A DNA stretch of 64,000 bases from Spirochaetia bacterium (GTDB lineage Bacteria; Spirochaetota; Spirochaetia; SZUA-6; Bin103). Made by a program: the position numbers and the translations under genes. This document shows positions 46,949 to 56,870 of this stretch, piece after piece. Each line of letters begins with the position of its first letter. Positions within the stretch are counted from its first letter, which is position 1. The stretch is from the NCBI GenBank assembly GCA_965208575.1, contig CBDBOV010000003.1, positions 128,001 through 192,000 of the forward strand, given 5' to 3'. Under the pieces are notes generated by a model. That model did not search any database, had not been told where the DNA came from, and saw only the letters and a list, made by a program, of their open reading frames with translations.

Positions 46949-48061
46949 TTACGCCTCCGCGTCCATTTCCGCCAGGTCCACCCAGCCGCCGCGGCGCGCC
47001 GACAGCACCGCCGCCTCGGTGAACACCTGCGTGCGCCAGCCGTCGTGCAGGCCGGGATGGGCGCACTCCCGGCCGGTGGCGCGCTCGGCGAGGGCGGGCA
47101 GCACGAAGCGGGACCAGCGGTTGACCCGGTCCTCCGGGATGCTTTCCACGGTCACGTCGTCGTCCGAGCGCATCAGCGTGACGGTGTGGCGGACGCGGTC
47201 GACGGCGATCGACGCCTCGCTGCCGTGCAGCTCCAGCTCCGGCGCCAGGCCCTTGCGCAGCGCCGGGGCGTGTGACAGCAGCATCGCGCCCACCGCGCCG
47301 TTGTGGAACTCCCAGACGATCGCTCCGTAGTCGTACGCGGTGCCGGCGCGCGTGCGCGGAGCCGCCGAAGCGGGGTTCGCCGCACCCCACTCGAGCGCCT
47401 CGGTCAGGTCGATCGGCCCCAGGTCGGGCTTCGGCGGCGCCAGCACGCCGGCTTGCGCAACTACCCGCTTCGCCTCGCTGCCGATCAGCCAGCGCACCGT
47501 GTCGTAGGCGTGCGAGCCGACGTCGGCGATGCTGCCGGCGGTGGACAGGGCGGCGTCGTCGCGCCAGGTGAAGGGAATCGACGGCGGGCGCGGGTTGTGC
47601 CAGCGGTACACCACCACCTTCAGGTCGCCGACTGCGCCGCCGGAGAGCAACTCCTTGGCGTGGCGGAACTTGGGTTCGTAGCGGGTCCAGTAGGGCACGT
47701 AGTGCCCGAGTCGGCTGTCGCGGTACGCGCGCCAGATTTCGTACGCTTCGCCGACGTCGGCGCCGACCGGCTTGTCGCAGAACAGGTGCTTGCCCGCCGC
47801 CGCCGCGGCCAGGGCCGGTTCGCGGTGCAGGCGGTCGGGAGTCAGCACCACTACCAGGTCGACTTCCGGATGCTCCACCACCGCGCGCCAGTCGCCGGTG
47901 ATGAAGTCGCAACCGTCAAGGCGCGCCGCCGCCTGCAGCCGGTCGCGGCGCCGTGCGCACAGCGCGACGATGCGCGCGGCATCGGGCGCGCCGCGCATCT
48001 CGGCTCGGTACGGGGTCCCGATATAGCCGGTGGCCCCGATCACTCCTGCGTGAAACATCAT
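46949..48061 (-). CDS. Gfo/Idh/MocA oxidoreductase
   Basis: GVIGATG, GKHLFCDKP, DVGSH. Confidence 0.88.
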   Translation of the reverse strand: MMFHAGVIGATGYIGTPYRAEMRGAPDAARIVALCARRRDRLQAAARLDGCDFITGDWRAVVEHPEVDLVVVLTPDRLHREPALAAAAAGKHLFCDKPVGADVGEAYEIWRAYRDSRLGHYVPYWTRYEPKFRHAKELLSGGAVGDLKVVVYRWHNPRPPSIPFTWRDDAALSTAGSIADVGSHAYDTVRWLIGSEAKRVVAQAGVLAPPKPDLGPIDLTEALEWGAANPASAAPRTRAGTAYDYGAIVWEFHNGAVGAMLLSHAPALRKGLAPELELHGSEASIAVDRVRHTVTLMRSDDDVTVESIPEDRVNRWSRFVLPALAERATGRECAHPGLHDGWRTQVFTEAAVLSARRGGWVDLAEMDAEA

Positions 48062-48124
48062 GTTGCGGCCCAATCCTTACCCGATACGCCTGCCCCCCGC
48101 CAGTACCCCGCCGCGGCCGGGTGC

Positions 48125-48426
48125 GCGCCGCCGGGAGCGTTGAAGGACATGCTCACCTGAACGGTACCACCGCGAGCGTACCCGGGCTGGATTCCCGGCG
48201 CCGCCGGGAGCGTTGAAGGACATGCTCACCTGAACGGTACCACCGCGAGCGTACCCGGGCGGGATTCCCGGCGCCGCCGGGAGCGTTGAAAGACATGCTC
48301 ACCTGAACGGTACCACCGCGAGCGTACCCGGGCTGGATTCCCGGCGCCGCGGGAGCGTTGAAGGACATGCTCGACTGAACGGTACCACCGCGAGCGTACC
48401 CGGCCCGGGATTCCCGGCGCCGCCGG
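48125..48426. repeat. 73-bp tandem repeat x4 plus 10-bp partial
   Basis: Unit GCGCCGCCGGGAGCGTTGAAGGACATGCTCACCTGAACGGTACCACCGCGAGCGTACCCGGGCTGGATTCCCG at 48125, 48198, 48271 and 48344. Confidence 0.95.
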
Positions 48427-48443
48427 TCTGCTAAGATGGCGCC

Positions 48444-49475
48444 ATGCGCATAGCCGTTCTTTCGTACAGTCACCACGGCCGCGGCATTGCCGGCACGGTC
48501 AGGCAGTTGGGCCACGAAGTCGTCGCCGCCATGGATCCCGAACCTGGTCCGCGCGCCGCGCTCGAGATGGAGTTCGACTGTCCGGGTTTCGCCGCTGCGG
48601 CGAGCTGCCTGGACGCCGTGAAGCCGGACGCCGCGATCGTGTGCGGCAAGCACGTGGAGATACCGGGGCACGTTGCGGCGTGCGTGGAGCGCCGCGTGCC
48701 CTACCTGCTCGACAAGCCGTTCGCCGACTGCGCGGACCGCCTGCGTCCCGCGGCGCAGGCGACCATGGCGGCCGGCCTGCCGCATGCGCTCACGCTTCCC
48801 AACCGTGGCAGCCTGGTGGTGGAGAAGGTGGCGCAGATGGCGTCCGACGGCAGCCTCGGCGACCTGGTGCTGTACAGCAGCCGGCTCAACAACGGGCCGC
48901 CGACACGCTACGACCCCACCCCGTCGCACTGGCTCAACAAGCCGGCGGCCTCCGGCGGCGGGTCGTGGGTGGTGGAGTCGTCGCACGGCATCGACACCTT
49001 TCTGCAGTTCGCCGGCGACGGCCCGGTCACGGTGGTCGGCGGCGTGCTCGCCAACCTGATGCACCGCCGCGAGGTGGAGGACACCGCCGTGGGCATCGTG
49101 CGCACCGCCGCCGGGGTTACCGGCATCATCGAGTCGGGCTTCAACTACCCGTCGGGCACCCGTGCCGGCGACCACTTCTTCCGCTTCGTCGGCAGCAAGG
49201 CGTCGGTGTTCGAGCGCTACGGCGACCACGGCGAGCCGCTGATCGAGGTGCACACCAGCGCCGGCGTCGCCATCACGCCCGACATCGGCCACGGCGAGCG
49301 CATGCGGCGGGTCATCGAGTGGGGCCTGGAGGCGATCGCCGCCGGCCGCATCGGCGACCCGGACGTGATGCAGGCGGTACGCGTGCTGGAGGTGCAGGAC
49401 GCGGTGTACGCCCACCTGCGCGGCAACGCCGCGGCTGCCGGCCCCTATCCGCTCGGTGCTCCACCCGCACGCTGA
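48444..49475 (+). CDS. Gfo/Idh/MocA oxidoreductase
   Basis: LLDKP, SGGGSWVVESSH. Confidence 0.85.
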   Translation: MRIAVLSYSHHGRGIAGTVRQLGHEVVAAMDPEPGPRAALEMEFDCPGFAAAASCLDAVKPDAAIVCGKHVEIPGHVAACVERRVPYLLDKPFADCADRLRPAAQATMAAGLPHALTLPNRGSLVVEKVAQMASDGSLGDLVLYSSRLNNGPPTRYDPTPSHWLNKPAASGGGSWVVESSHGIDTFLQFAGDGPVTVVGGVLANLMHRREVEDTAVGIVRTAAGVTGIIESGFNYPSGTRAGDHFFRFVGSKASVFERYGDHGEPLIEVHTSAGVAITPDIGHGERMRRVIEWGLEAIAAGRIGDPDVMQAVRVLEVQDAVYAHLRGNAAAAGPYPLGAPPAR

Positions 49476-50230
49476 GCGTTGGCCCGGATCGCGTCCCGGA
49501 CGAACACGGCCAACCCGCCGGCACGCTTCTCGAAGTACTCCTCGAAGCGTGGGTCGGCCGTGTACATCTCGGCGAGGTTCCGGTGCATCCCGTGGCTGCA
49601 CGGGTAGAACCAGCGGTCGATGTGGCAACGGTGCTCCTCCGCCAGATCCATCGCCGCGCTGCCCGCGGCCCGGGCGCCCTCCCTCATCAGGTCGGCCAGT
49701 GCGGCCACCACCGCCTCGCCCTCCGCCTTGATCCGGTCCCAGTCACCCCTGCCGTAGCCCCGCGTGCGCCGTAACGACTCCCGGTAGGCATCGGAGTCGC
49801 CCCAGCGCCGCTCGACTTCGTCCCGGTACTGCTCGTGGTCGAACTCTTCCAGCCCCTCGAACATCTCCGTCCTGTCCATTTCCGTCTCCTCTTGCATTGC
49901 CCGCAGGGCCCGGTCGACCCCCCGAATGATGCGTTCCGTTCGTTCCTGCCGATCCCTGAGCAAGTCGCGCTGCGCCTCCAGCGCGTTGCGCCGGCCGTGG
50001 GTCGGAGCGGCGAGCATCCGGCCGATCGCATCCAGGCTGAAACGCAGCTCGCGCAACAGCCGGATCTCGCGCAGTCGTTCGAGGTCGCCGTACGCGTACA
50101 GCCGATAGCCGCCCTGCGACCGCCCCGACGGGACGAGCAAGCCGATCCGGTCGTAGTGGTGCAGGGTGCGCACGGTCACGCCGGCCAGCGCGGCTACCTC
50201 GCCTACCGTGTGTAGTCGCTCGGTCCCCAT
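49445..50230 (-). CDS. tipA: MerR-family regulator with TipAS domain
   Basis: VGEVAALAGVTVRTLHHYD, GYRLY; C-terminal ERRWG, FYPCS..H..LAEMYTADPRF. Confidence 0.9.
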   Translation of the reverse strand: MGTERLHTVGEVAALAGVTVRTLHHYDRIGLLVPSGRSQGGYRLYAYGDLERLREIRLLRELRFSLDAIGRMLAAPTHGRRNALEAQRDLLRDRQERTERIIRGVDRALRAMQEETEMDRTEMFEGLEEFDHEQYRDEVERRWGDSDAYRESLRRTRGYGRGDWDRIKAEGEAVVAALADLMREGARAAGSAAMDLAEEHRCHIDRWFYPCSHGMHRNLAEMYTADPRFEEYFEKRAGGLAVFVRDAIRANAQRAGGAPSG

Positions 50231-50237
50231 GAGGAGC

Positions 50238-50268
50238 AAGGTAGACCCTCACGTAACGTCAGGGTCAA
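50238..50268 (-). promoter_or_regulatory. MerR-type promoter/operator of tipA
   Basis: TTGACC-19 bp-TACCTT with inverted repeat GACCCTgACGT a ACGTgAGGGTC-like; ATG 7 nt after the -10. Confidence 0.85.
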
Positions 50269-50434
50269 AGGAAAGTTTTCGGCACGCCGTCGGCACGCCG
50301 AGTCCCCGTCCGACTCAGCGGCGATGACGCCGTAGCCGTCATCGTAAGGCGCGTCAGCGCCAACGACGCTGATGCGAAGGAGGGCATCGAGATGCTGATG
50401 CGAAGCATCAGCTAAAGACGCTGACGCATTCGCG

Positions 50435-52120
50435 TCAGCGTCTAAGGAATTGAGACAAGCGCTTGCGCAGCGCCGCGGCGTCGCCGCCGGCGCCGAGTTC
50501 GCGGCCGCCGTCGCCGCTCATGGTGCGGGCGATCGCCTGCAGGATCTGCACCTGCAGGCCCTCCTGCCGCGCCGGGGTCAGTACCAGGAACACGAACCGC
50601 ACCGGCTCGCCGTCCGGGGCGTCCCAGTCCAGGCCATGCGGAGCGCGCCCGAACGCCATCACCGGGCGGCGCAGCGCCTCTATGCGGGCGTGCGGCACCG
50701 CGACGCCCTTGCCGAGTCCGGTGCCCATGAGGTGCTCGCGCTGATCGACCGCCTCGTTGATCTCGTCGACGGTCAGGCGGGTGGCCGGCGCAGCGACCAG
50801 GCACAGCTCGCGGATCGCCGTGAAGCGGTCGCGCGCGCGCAGCGCCGGCAGAATGGCGTTCTGCGCCAGCAGCCGGGCCAGGTCGACCCGCTCGCGGCGC
50901 CGGATCGACCACGACAGCCACGGCGCCACCAGCAGCGCGGACACGATAGCCGAGCACACGATGGCCACGAAGACCGGCGTGGTGATGATCTGGTATTCCA
51001 GCGCCACGCCGGCCACCACGATGCCGGTGACCCCGCTCGGGGTGAACGCGATGCCGATCGACACCCGGTCCTGGGCGGAGATGTCGCGTCCCAGGGCGCC
51101 CAGCCAGGCGCCGCCGAACTTGGCGGCGATCGACACCACCGTAACGAACACGACCAGCCCGATGTTGAAATTGGCGATGAAGTCGAGGTGCAGCGCCAGC
51201 CCGGCGAAATACAGCGGCACGAAGATGGAGTGCACCATCTGGCCGATGATCTCGCGCGTGCGTTCGGTCAGGTGGCGCGCCTCGCCGGCCATGATGCCGG
51301 CCAGGAAGAAGCCGAACAGCGCGGTCAGCCCCACCGCCTGGGTCAGCGCGCCGGACGCCAGCCCCAGGCAGCACACAAAGGTCAGCACGGCGCCGGGATT
51401 CCCGGACATGCGCGTGCCGATGCGCGCCACCGCGCCGTCCACCAGGCGCAGGCCGAGCGTGAGCGCGAACGCGGTAAAGGCGAACGTGAACACGAGCAGG
51501 AATGCGATCGCACCCAGGTTCAGCGCCGAGCTGGTGGCCACGGCCAGCACCAGGCTGAACACGATCCAGGCCAGAATGTCGTTGACCGCGTAGCCGCACA
51601 GCGTCACCAGGCCGAGGTCGCTCTTCACCAGGTCCAGGTCGTGCAGCACGCGGGCGATGATCACCATCGCGCTGATCGCCATCGTGGTGCCCAGGAACAG
51701 GGCGAATATGATGCGCCGGTCGGGATCCGCCAGCACGCTGTCCGGCAACAGAAACGACAGTGCCGAGCCGACCGCCAGCGGCACCAGCACGCCGATGATG
51801 CCGATGCGCAGCGCCGGCCCGCGTGCCCGCCAGGCAGCGCTCACGTCCACGTGCAGGCCGGTCTCCAGCAGCAGGAACAGCACCCCGAACCAGGACACCA
51901 CGTCCAGCATGCTGCGCTGCACCGCATCGGGGGGGAACAACGTCGCGTGCAGCTCCGGAAACGCTCGCCCGAGCAGCGTGGGGCCGAGCAGCACCCCGAC
52001 CAGGATCTCGCCCACGATCGGCGCCTGGCCCAGGCGGCGCAGCACCTCGCCGGCGCCGCGCGCCAACACCAGCAGCACCAGCACCTGGACCAGGAACACC
52101 AGCAGGTTGTGTTCAGTCAT
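50435..52120 (-). CDS. Cation:proton antiporter fused to PTS EIIA(Fru/Ntr) domain
   Basis: VGEILVGVLLGP, TM helices; REHLMGTGLGKGVAVPHAR, WDAPDGEPV. Confidence 0.88.
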   Translation of the reverse strand: MTEHNLLVFLVQVLVLLVLARGAGEVLRRLGQAPIVGEILVGVLLGPTLLGRAFPELHATLFPPDAVQRSMLDVVSWFGVLFLLLETGLHVDVSAAWRARGPALRIGIIGVLVPLAVGSALSFLLPDSVLADPDRRIIFALFLGTTMAISAMVIIARVLHDLDLVKSDLGLVTLCGYAVNDILAWIVFSLVLAVATSSALNLGAIAFLLVFTFAFTAFALTLGLRLVDGAVARIGTRMSGNPGAVLTFVCCLGLASGALTQAVGLTALFGFFLAGIMAGEARHLTERTREIIGQMVHSIFVPLYFAGLALHLDFIANFNIGLVVFVTVVSIAAKFGGAWLGALGRDISAQDRVSIGIAFTPSGVTGIVVAGVALEYQIITTPVFVAIVCSAIVSALLVAPWLSWSIRRRERVDLARLLAQNAILPALRARDRFTAIRELCLVAAPATRLTVDEINEAVDQREHLMGTGLGKGVAVPHARIEALRRPVMAFGRAPHGLDWDAPDGEPVRFVFLVLTPARQEGLQVQILQAIARTMSGDGGRELGAGGDAAALRKRLSQFLRR

Positions 52121-52232
52121 TATGGGGTCGATTCCTCGGGCCGCATTATAACGCTACGGCGACCCAGGAATACCTGCCGCGGCCGCGCACGGCCGCGCAG
52201 GGGGCGGGCGGCGGTTGTGGTATACTGGGTGC

Positions 52233-52523
52233 GTGGGTCACTGTCACGCGTGCGGCGCCGAGCTGCCGCGCGATCTGCCGATCTTTCGCGAGACCGAGTG
52301 TCCGCGGTGCAGCAAACCGCTCAAGGTGTGCCTGAACTGCACGTTCTACGAGCGGGGGCAGCAGTGGGATTGCCGCGAGCCGATCGCGGAGCCGGTGCAC
52401 GACAAGGAGCGCGCCAACTTCTGCGACTACTTCCGGCTGCGCGAGGGGTCGGCGGCGCCGGGCGGCCTGGCCCAGGAGCGCGCCGAGCGGGCGCGGGACG
52501 CATTCGACAGCCTTTTCGGGTAG
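52233..52523 (+). CDS. Small Cys-rich zinc-ribbon-like protein
   Basis: CHACG, CPRC, CLNC, KERANFCDYF; TGgTATACT 6 nt before GTG. Confidence 0.75.
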   Translation: MGHCHACGAELPRDLPIFRETECPRCSKPLKVCLNCTFYERGQQWDCREPIAEPVHDKERANFCDYFRLREGSAAPGGLAQERAERARDAFDSLFG

Positions 52524-52616
52524 ACGGCATCCTGTTCGACGAAACATTACGAACTCTTAACGGTCCATTCAAACCATCTTCAATCGAGGGCTGCATGCTG
52601 ATTGCATGGAGGTTGT

Positions 52617-53447
52617 ATGGACACGACACCGTTAGCTGACTACCTCAGCGACCTCAAGCGCCACCCGCTGCTGACCAGAGAGGAAGAGCAAAGGTGCTCA
52701 CGCGCCGCCCGTGACGGCGACGAGCAGGCCAAGGAGAAGCTGGTCAACAGCAACCTCCGCTTCGTGGTGAACATCTCGCGGCAGTACCAGAACCGCGGCA
52801 TTCCGCTGTCCGACCTGGTCAGCGAGGGCAACATCGGATTGCTCAAGGCGGTGGAGAAGTTCGATCCCGAGCGCGGGTACCACTTCACCACCTACGCCGT
52901 GTGGTGGATCCGGCAGTCGATCATGAAGGCGCTCGAAGCGCAGTCGCGTTCGATCCGGCTGCCGGCGCACGCCGCCAGCGTGGTGGAGCGCATCGGCTGG
53001 GCGCGCTCCGAACTGCGCCAGCGCCAGCGCCGCGAGCCGACCACCGATCAGATCGCGCGCTTCCTGGGCCTGCCGGTGCAGCGCGTTGCCGATCTGATGT
53101 CGGTGTCGCGCGACCCGCTGTCTCTCGAATCGCCCGCCTTCGACGAGGACGTCCCCGCCGAACTGGGCGACTCGGTGTGCGACAAGGCGGCCCGCTCCCC
53201 CGAGGAGGAGGCGATGGCCAACGTGCTCAAGGCGGACATCAACAACGTGCTCGGCAGCCTGACGCGGCGCGAGTCGGACATCGTGCAGAGCCGGTTCGGG
53301 CTCAACGGCCGGCAGCGGCTCACCCTGAACGAACTCGGCCGGCGCTACCGTCTGACCAAGGAACGCGTGCGCCAGATCGAGAAGCGGGCGCTGGAGCGGC
53401 TGCAGGTGTCGCTGCAGGCGCGCATGCTGCACGGCTACCTGGAGTAG
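52617..53447 (+). CDS. RNA polymerase sigma-70 factor (RpoD/RpoS-like)
   Basis: NLRFVV, EGNIGLLKAVEKFDPERG, TYAVWWIRQ, TKERVRQIE. Confidence 0.92.
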   Translation: MDTTPLADYLSDLKRHPLLTREEEQRCSRAARDGDEQAKEKLVNSNLRFVVNISRQYQNRGIPLSDLVSEGNIGLLKAVEKFDPERGYHFTTYAVWWIRQSIMKALEAQSRSIRLPAHAASVVERIGWARSELRQRQRREPTTDQIARFLGLPVQRVADLMSVSRDPLSLESPAFDEDVPAELGDSVCDKAARSPEEEAMANVLKADINNVLGSLTRRESDIVQSRFGLNGRQRLTLNELGRRYRLTKERVRQIEKRALERLQVSLQARMLHGYLE

Positions 53448-53713
53448 GAAGAGCGCGCGCTCCGGCGGCGGGCCGCCGGCGCCGGAGCCGCTCGGACAGG
53501 ACGGCAATGGTGCGGCGCAGCACCGCCTTCTCCCGCCCGGTGCGCTGATCGAGTTGATTCAGCAGGCGCAGGCGCAGGTGTTCGAGTTCGCGCTCATGCT
53601 GGTGCATCCGGTACACTTCGCTATACTCACCGATTGATACGGCAAGTCCGAGAATCTTGTAAAGGGGTTACGCCCCGTGCATTGTTTCGTGTGCTTGGCG
53701 TCAAGGAGGAACC

Positions 53714-54274
<561 letters not shown>

Positions 54275-54275
54275 C

Positions 54276-55547
54276 ATGAGGCGGCGCAACATAGGGTTCC
54301 TGTCATTCCGCATCGCCGGCACCGATGGCGTGTCTCTGGAGATCGACAAGTGGGCCACCGTGTTCGAACGCATGGGCCACGACAACTACTACTGCGCGGG
54401 CGAACTCGACACCCCCGACGAGCGCTCGCTGCTGCTGCCCAAAGCGCACTTCACCCACCCGGAGGTGGAGGAGATTCAACGCCACCTGTTTCACACCGAC
54501 GTCCGCCCACGGGCGGTTACGACCCGCATTCACGAGCTGCGCGACGAGCTCAAGCGCGGCATCTACGAATTCATCGAGCGGTTCTCGATCGACGTCCTGG
54601 TGCCGGAGAATGCGCTCGCGATTCCGCTCAACATCCCGTTCGGCCTGGCCATAGCAGAGGTGATCGCCGAGACCCGCATCCCCACCATCGGCCACCACCA
54701 CGACTTTACCTGGGAACGCAAGCGGTTCATGTTGAACGGCATCTCCGACTACCTGCGCAACGCCTATCCGCCGCGGCTGCACTCGATCACCCACGTGGTG
54801 ATCAACAGCACGGCGCGCAACCAGCTCGCGCTGCGCTCCGGCGCCAACTCGCACCTGATTCCAAACGTGATGGACTACGACCGCCCGCCCGCCGGGGTGG
54901 ACGGCTACAACGCCGACGTACGCGAAGCTCTCGGGATCGGGGCCGACGATACCCTGGTGCTGCAGCCGACCCGCGTCATACAGCGCAAGGGGATCGAGCA
55001 CGCCATCGAGCTGGTGCGCCGCCTGGAGAAGAGGGACAACGCCGTGCTGGTGATCTCGCACGCATCGGGCGACGAGGGCTTTTCCTACGAGGGCCGCGTG
55101 CGCAGTTACGCGGAACTGCTCGGCGTGCGCGCGCTGTTCGTCGAGGAGATCATCAACGACCGGCGCGGCGACTGCGGCGACGGCCGCAAGATCTACACGC
55201 TCGACGACGTCTATCCGCATGCCGACCTGGTGACCTACCCGTCGCTGGTGGAAGGCTTCGGCAACGCCTTCCTGGAGGCGGTCTACCACCGCAAGCCGAT
55301 CTTCGTGAACAACTACCCGGTGTTCGCCTACGACATCAGGCCGCGCGGGTTCAAGGTCGCGCTGATGGAGCAGTTCATCACCGAGTCGGAGGTGGCGGAG
55401 GTGGAGCGATTCCTGCACGACGACGAGTACCGCAGGGGGGCGGTGGAGCACAACTACGCGATCGCGCGGGCGCACTACTCCTACCGCGTGCTGCAGGCCA
55501 ACCTGACGCACATCATGATGGAGTTCTTCGGCATCGACGAGGTATAG
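54276..55547 (+). CDS. GT4 glycosyltransferase (mannosylglucosylglycerate synthase-like)
   Basis: RIAGTDGVSLE, HHHDF.WER, QPTRVIQRKGIEHA, EGFGNAFLE. Confidence 0.82.
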   Translation: MRRRNIGFLSFRIAGTDGVSLEIDKWATVFERMGHDNYYCAGELDTPDERSLLLPKAHFTHPEVEEIQRHLFHTDVRPRAVTTRIHELRDELKRGIYEFIERFSIDVLVPENALAIPLNIPFGLAIAEVIAETRIPTIGHHHDFTWERKRFMLNGISDYLRNAYPPRLHSITHVVINSTARNQLALRSGANSHLIPNVMDYDRPPAGVDGYNADVREALGIGADDTLVLQPTRVIQRKGIEHAIELVRRLEKRDNAVLVISHASGDEGFSYEGRVRSYAELLGVRALFVEEIINDRRGDCGDGRKIYTLDDVYPHADLVTYPSLVEGFGNAFLEAVYHRKPIFVNNYPVFAYDIRPRGFKVALMEQFITESEVAEVERFLHDDEYRRGAVEHNYAIARAHYSYRVLQANLTHIMMEFFGIDEV

Positions 55548-55627
55548 GTGCGCAGCCCGCGCTGCTCGGGTCCGGGCCCGGCGGGCGCGTGCGGCGGCCC
55601 GCCCCGCCGGTGTAGGGTAGCGGCGCC

Positions 55628-56806
55628 ATGAAGATCACCGCCGTCAAGAGCTTCCCGGTGTGGGCCGGCCATCGCAACCTGTTCGTGCTCAAGATCGAGA
55701 GCGACGACGGCTGCTACGGCTACGGCGAGGCGGGGCTGAGCGGCCGCGAACTGGCCGTGCAGGGCGCCGTCGACCACTTCCGCCGCTTCCTGGTCGGCCG
55801 GGACCCGCGCCGCATCGGCGCCCTGTGGCAACGCGTCTACCGCAGCCAGTACTTCGAGGGCGGGCGGGTGCTGACGGCGGCGCTGTCGGCGATCGACATC
55901 GCCCTGCACGACCTGGTGGCGCGCAGCCTCGGGGTGCCGGTGTACCAGCTCCTGGGCGGCAAGCAGCGCGACCGGGTGCCGTGCTTCGTGACCACCACCA
56001 CGCAGCCGGGGCCGGGCGTCGTGGAGGAGGTGGAGCGGCTGGTCGCGGCGGGCTGGACCTGCATCCGCACCGGCATCGGCTATCCGAAGGTAACCGAACC
56101 GTACGAGGGCGACGGGCGCCCCGATCCGGTGTTCGAGCCGCGGGTGTCGATGGCGCACACCGCCGAGTGGCTGGTCAGGGTGCGCGAGGCGGTGGGCCGG
56201 CGCGCGGCGCTCGGCATCGACTACCACCACCGGCTGTCGGTGGGCGAGGCGGCCTCGTTCTGCCAGTCGATGCCGGTCGGCACGCTCGACTTCCTGGAGG
56301 AGCCGATCCGCGACGAGACGCCGGAGGCGTACGAGGCGCTGCAGCGGATGACCCCTGTGCCGATGGCGATCGGCGAGGAGTTCGCCAGCAAGTGGCAGTT
56401 CCTGCCCTACCTGGAACGCGGCATCACCGCCTACGCACGGCTCGACATCTGCAACGTGGGCGGCTTCACCGAGGCGATGAAGGTGGTCGGCCTGTGCGAG
56501 GCGCACTACATCGACCTGATGCCGCACAACCCGCTCGGTCCGGTCAGCACCGCGGCCAACATCCACCTGGCAGCCGCCACGCCGCTGTTCGCCTGGCTGG
56601 AGGAGCGCTCGCCCGAGCAGGGCTTCCACTTCGACCCCGAGCTGTTCCCGGTGCAGCCGAAGCTCGACGGCGTGACCCACCGCGTGCCCGACACGCCCGG
56701 CCTCGGCGTCGAGTTCAACGAGGAAGCGCCGGCCGTAGAGAAAGCGTTCGAGTTCTGGGAAAACCCCCACCTGCGCCGCCACGACGGCTCCCACACCAAC
56801 TGGTAG
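55628..56806 (+). CDS. Mandelate racemase/muconate lactonizing enzyme family (galactonate dehydratase-like)
   Basis: AIDIALHD, DYHH, FLEEP, IGEE, MPHN, PGLGV. Confidence 0.9.
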   Translation: MKITAVKSFPVWAGHRNLFVLKIESDDGCYGYGEAGLSGRELAVQGAVDHFRRFLVGRDPRRIGALWQRVYRSQYFEGGRVLTAALSAIDIALHDLVARSLGVPVYQLLGGKQRDRVPCFVTTTTQPGPGVVEEVERLVAAGWTCIRTGIGYPKVTEPYEGDGRPDPVFEPRVSMAHTAEWLVRVREAVGRRAALGIDYHHRLSVGEAASFCQSMPVGTLDFLEEPIRDETPEAYEALQRMTPVPMAIGEEFASKWQFLPYLERGITAYARLDICNVGGFTEAMKVVGLCEAHYIDLMPHNPLGPVSTAANIHLAAATPLFAWLEERSPEQGFHFDPELFPVQPKLDGVTHRVPDTPGLGVEFNEEAPAVEKAFEFWENPHLRRHDGSHTNW

Positions 56807-56870
56807 GTAAGTATGGACAGCAGGCGCGACCGGTTGGGCCGCGCCTGCTCGGAACTGGATCGGATGGTTG

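Noticed and set aside
48125-48426. CRISPR array
   Set aside because: The would-be spacers are essentially identical, the boundaries fall mid-hairpin, and there is no cas gene or AT-rich leader; annotated as a tandem repeat.
53320-53616. Small minus-strand ORF after the sigma factor
   Set aside because: Plausible helical N-terminus, but it overlaps the sigma gene by 128 bp and no family was recognised.
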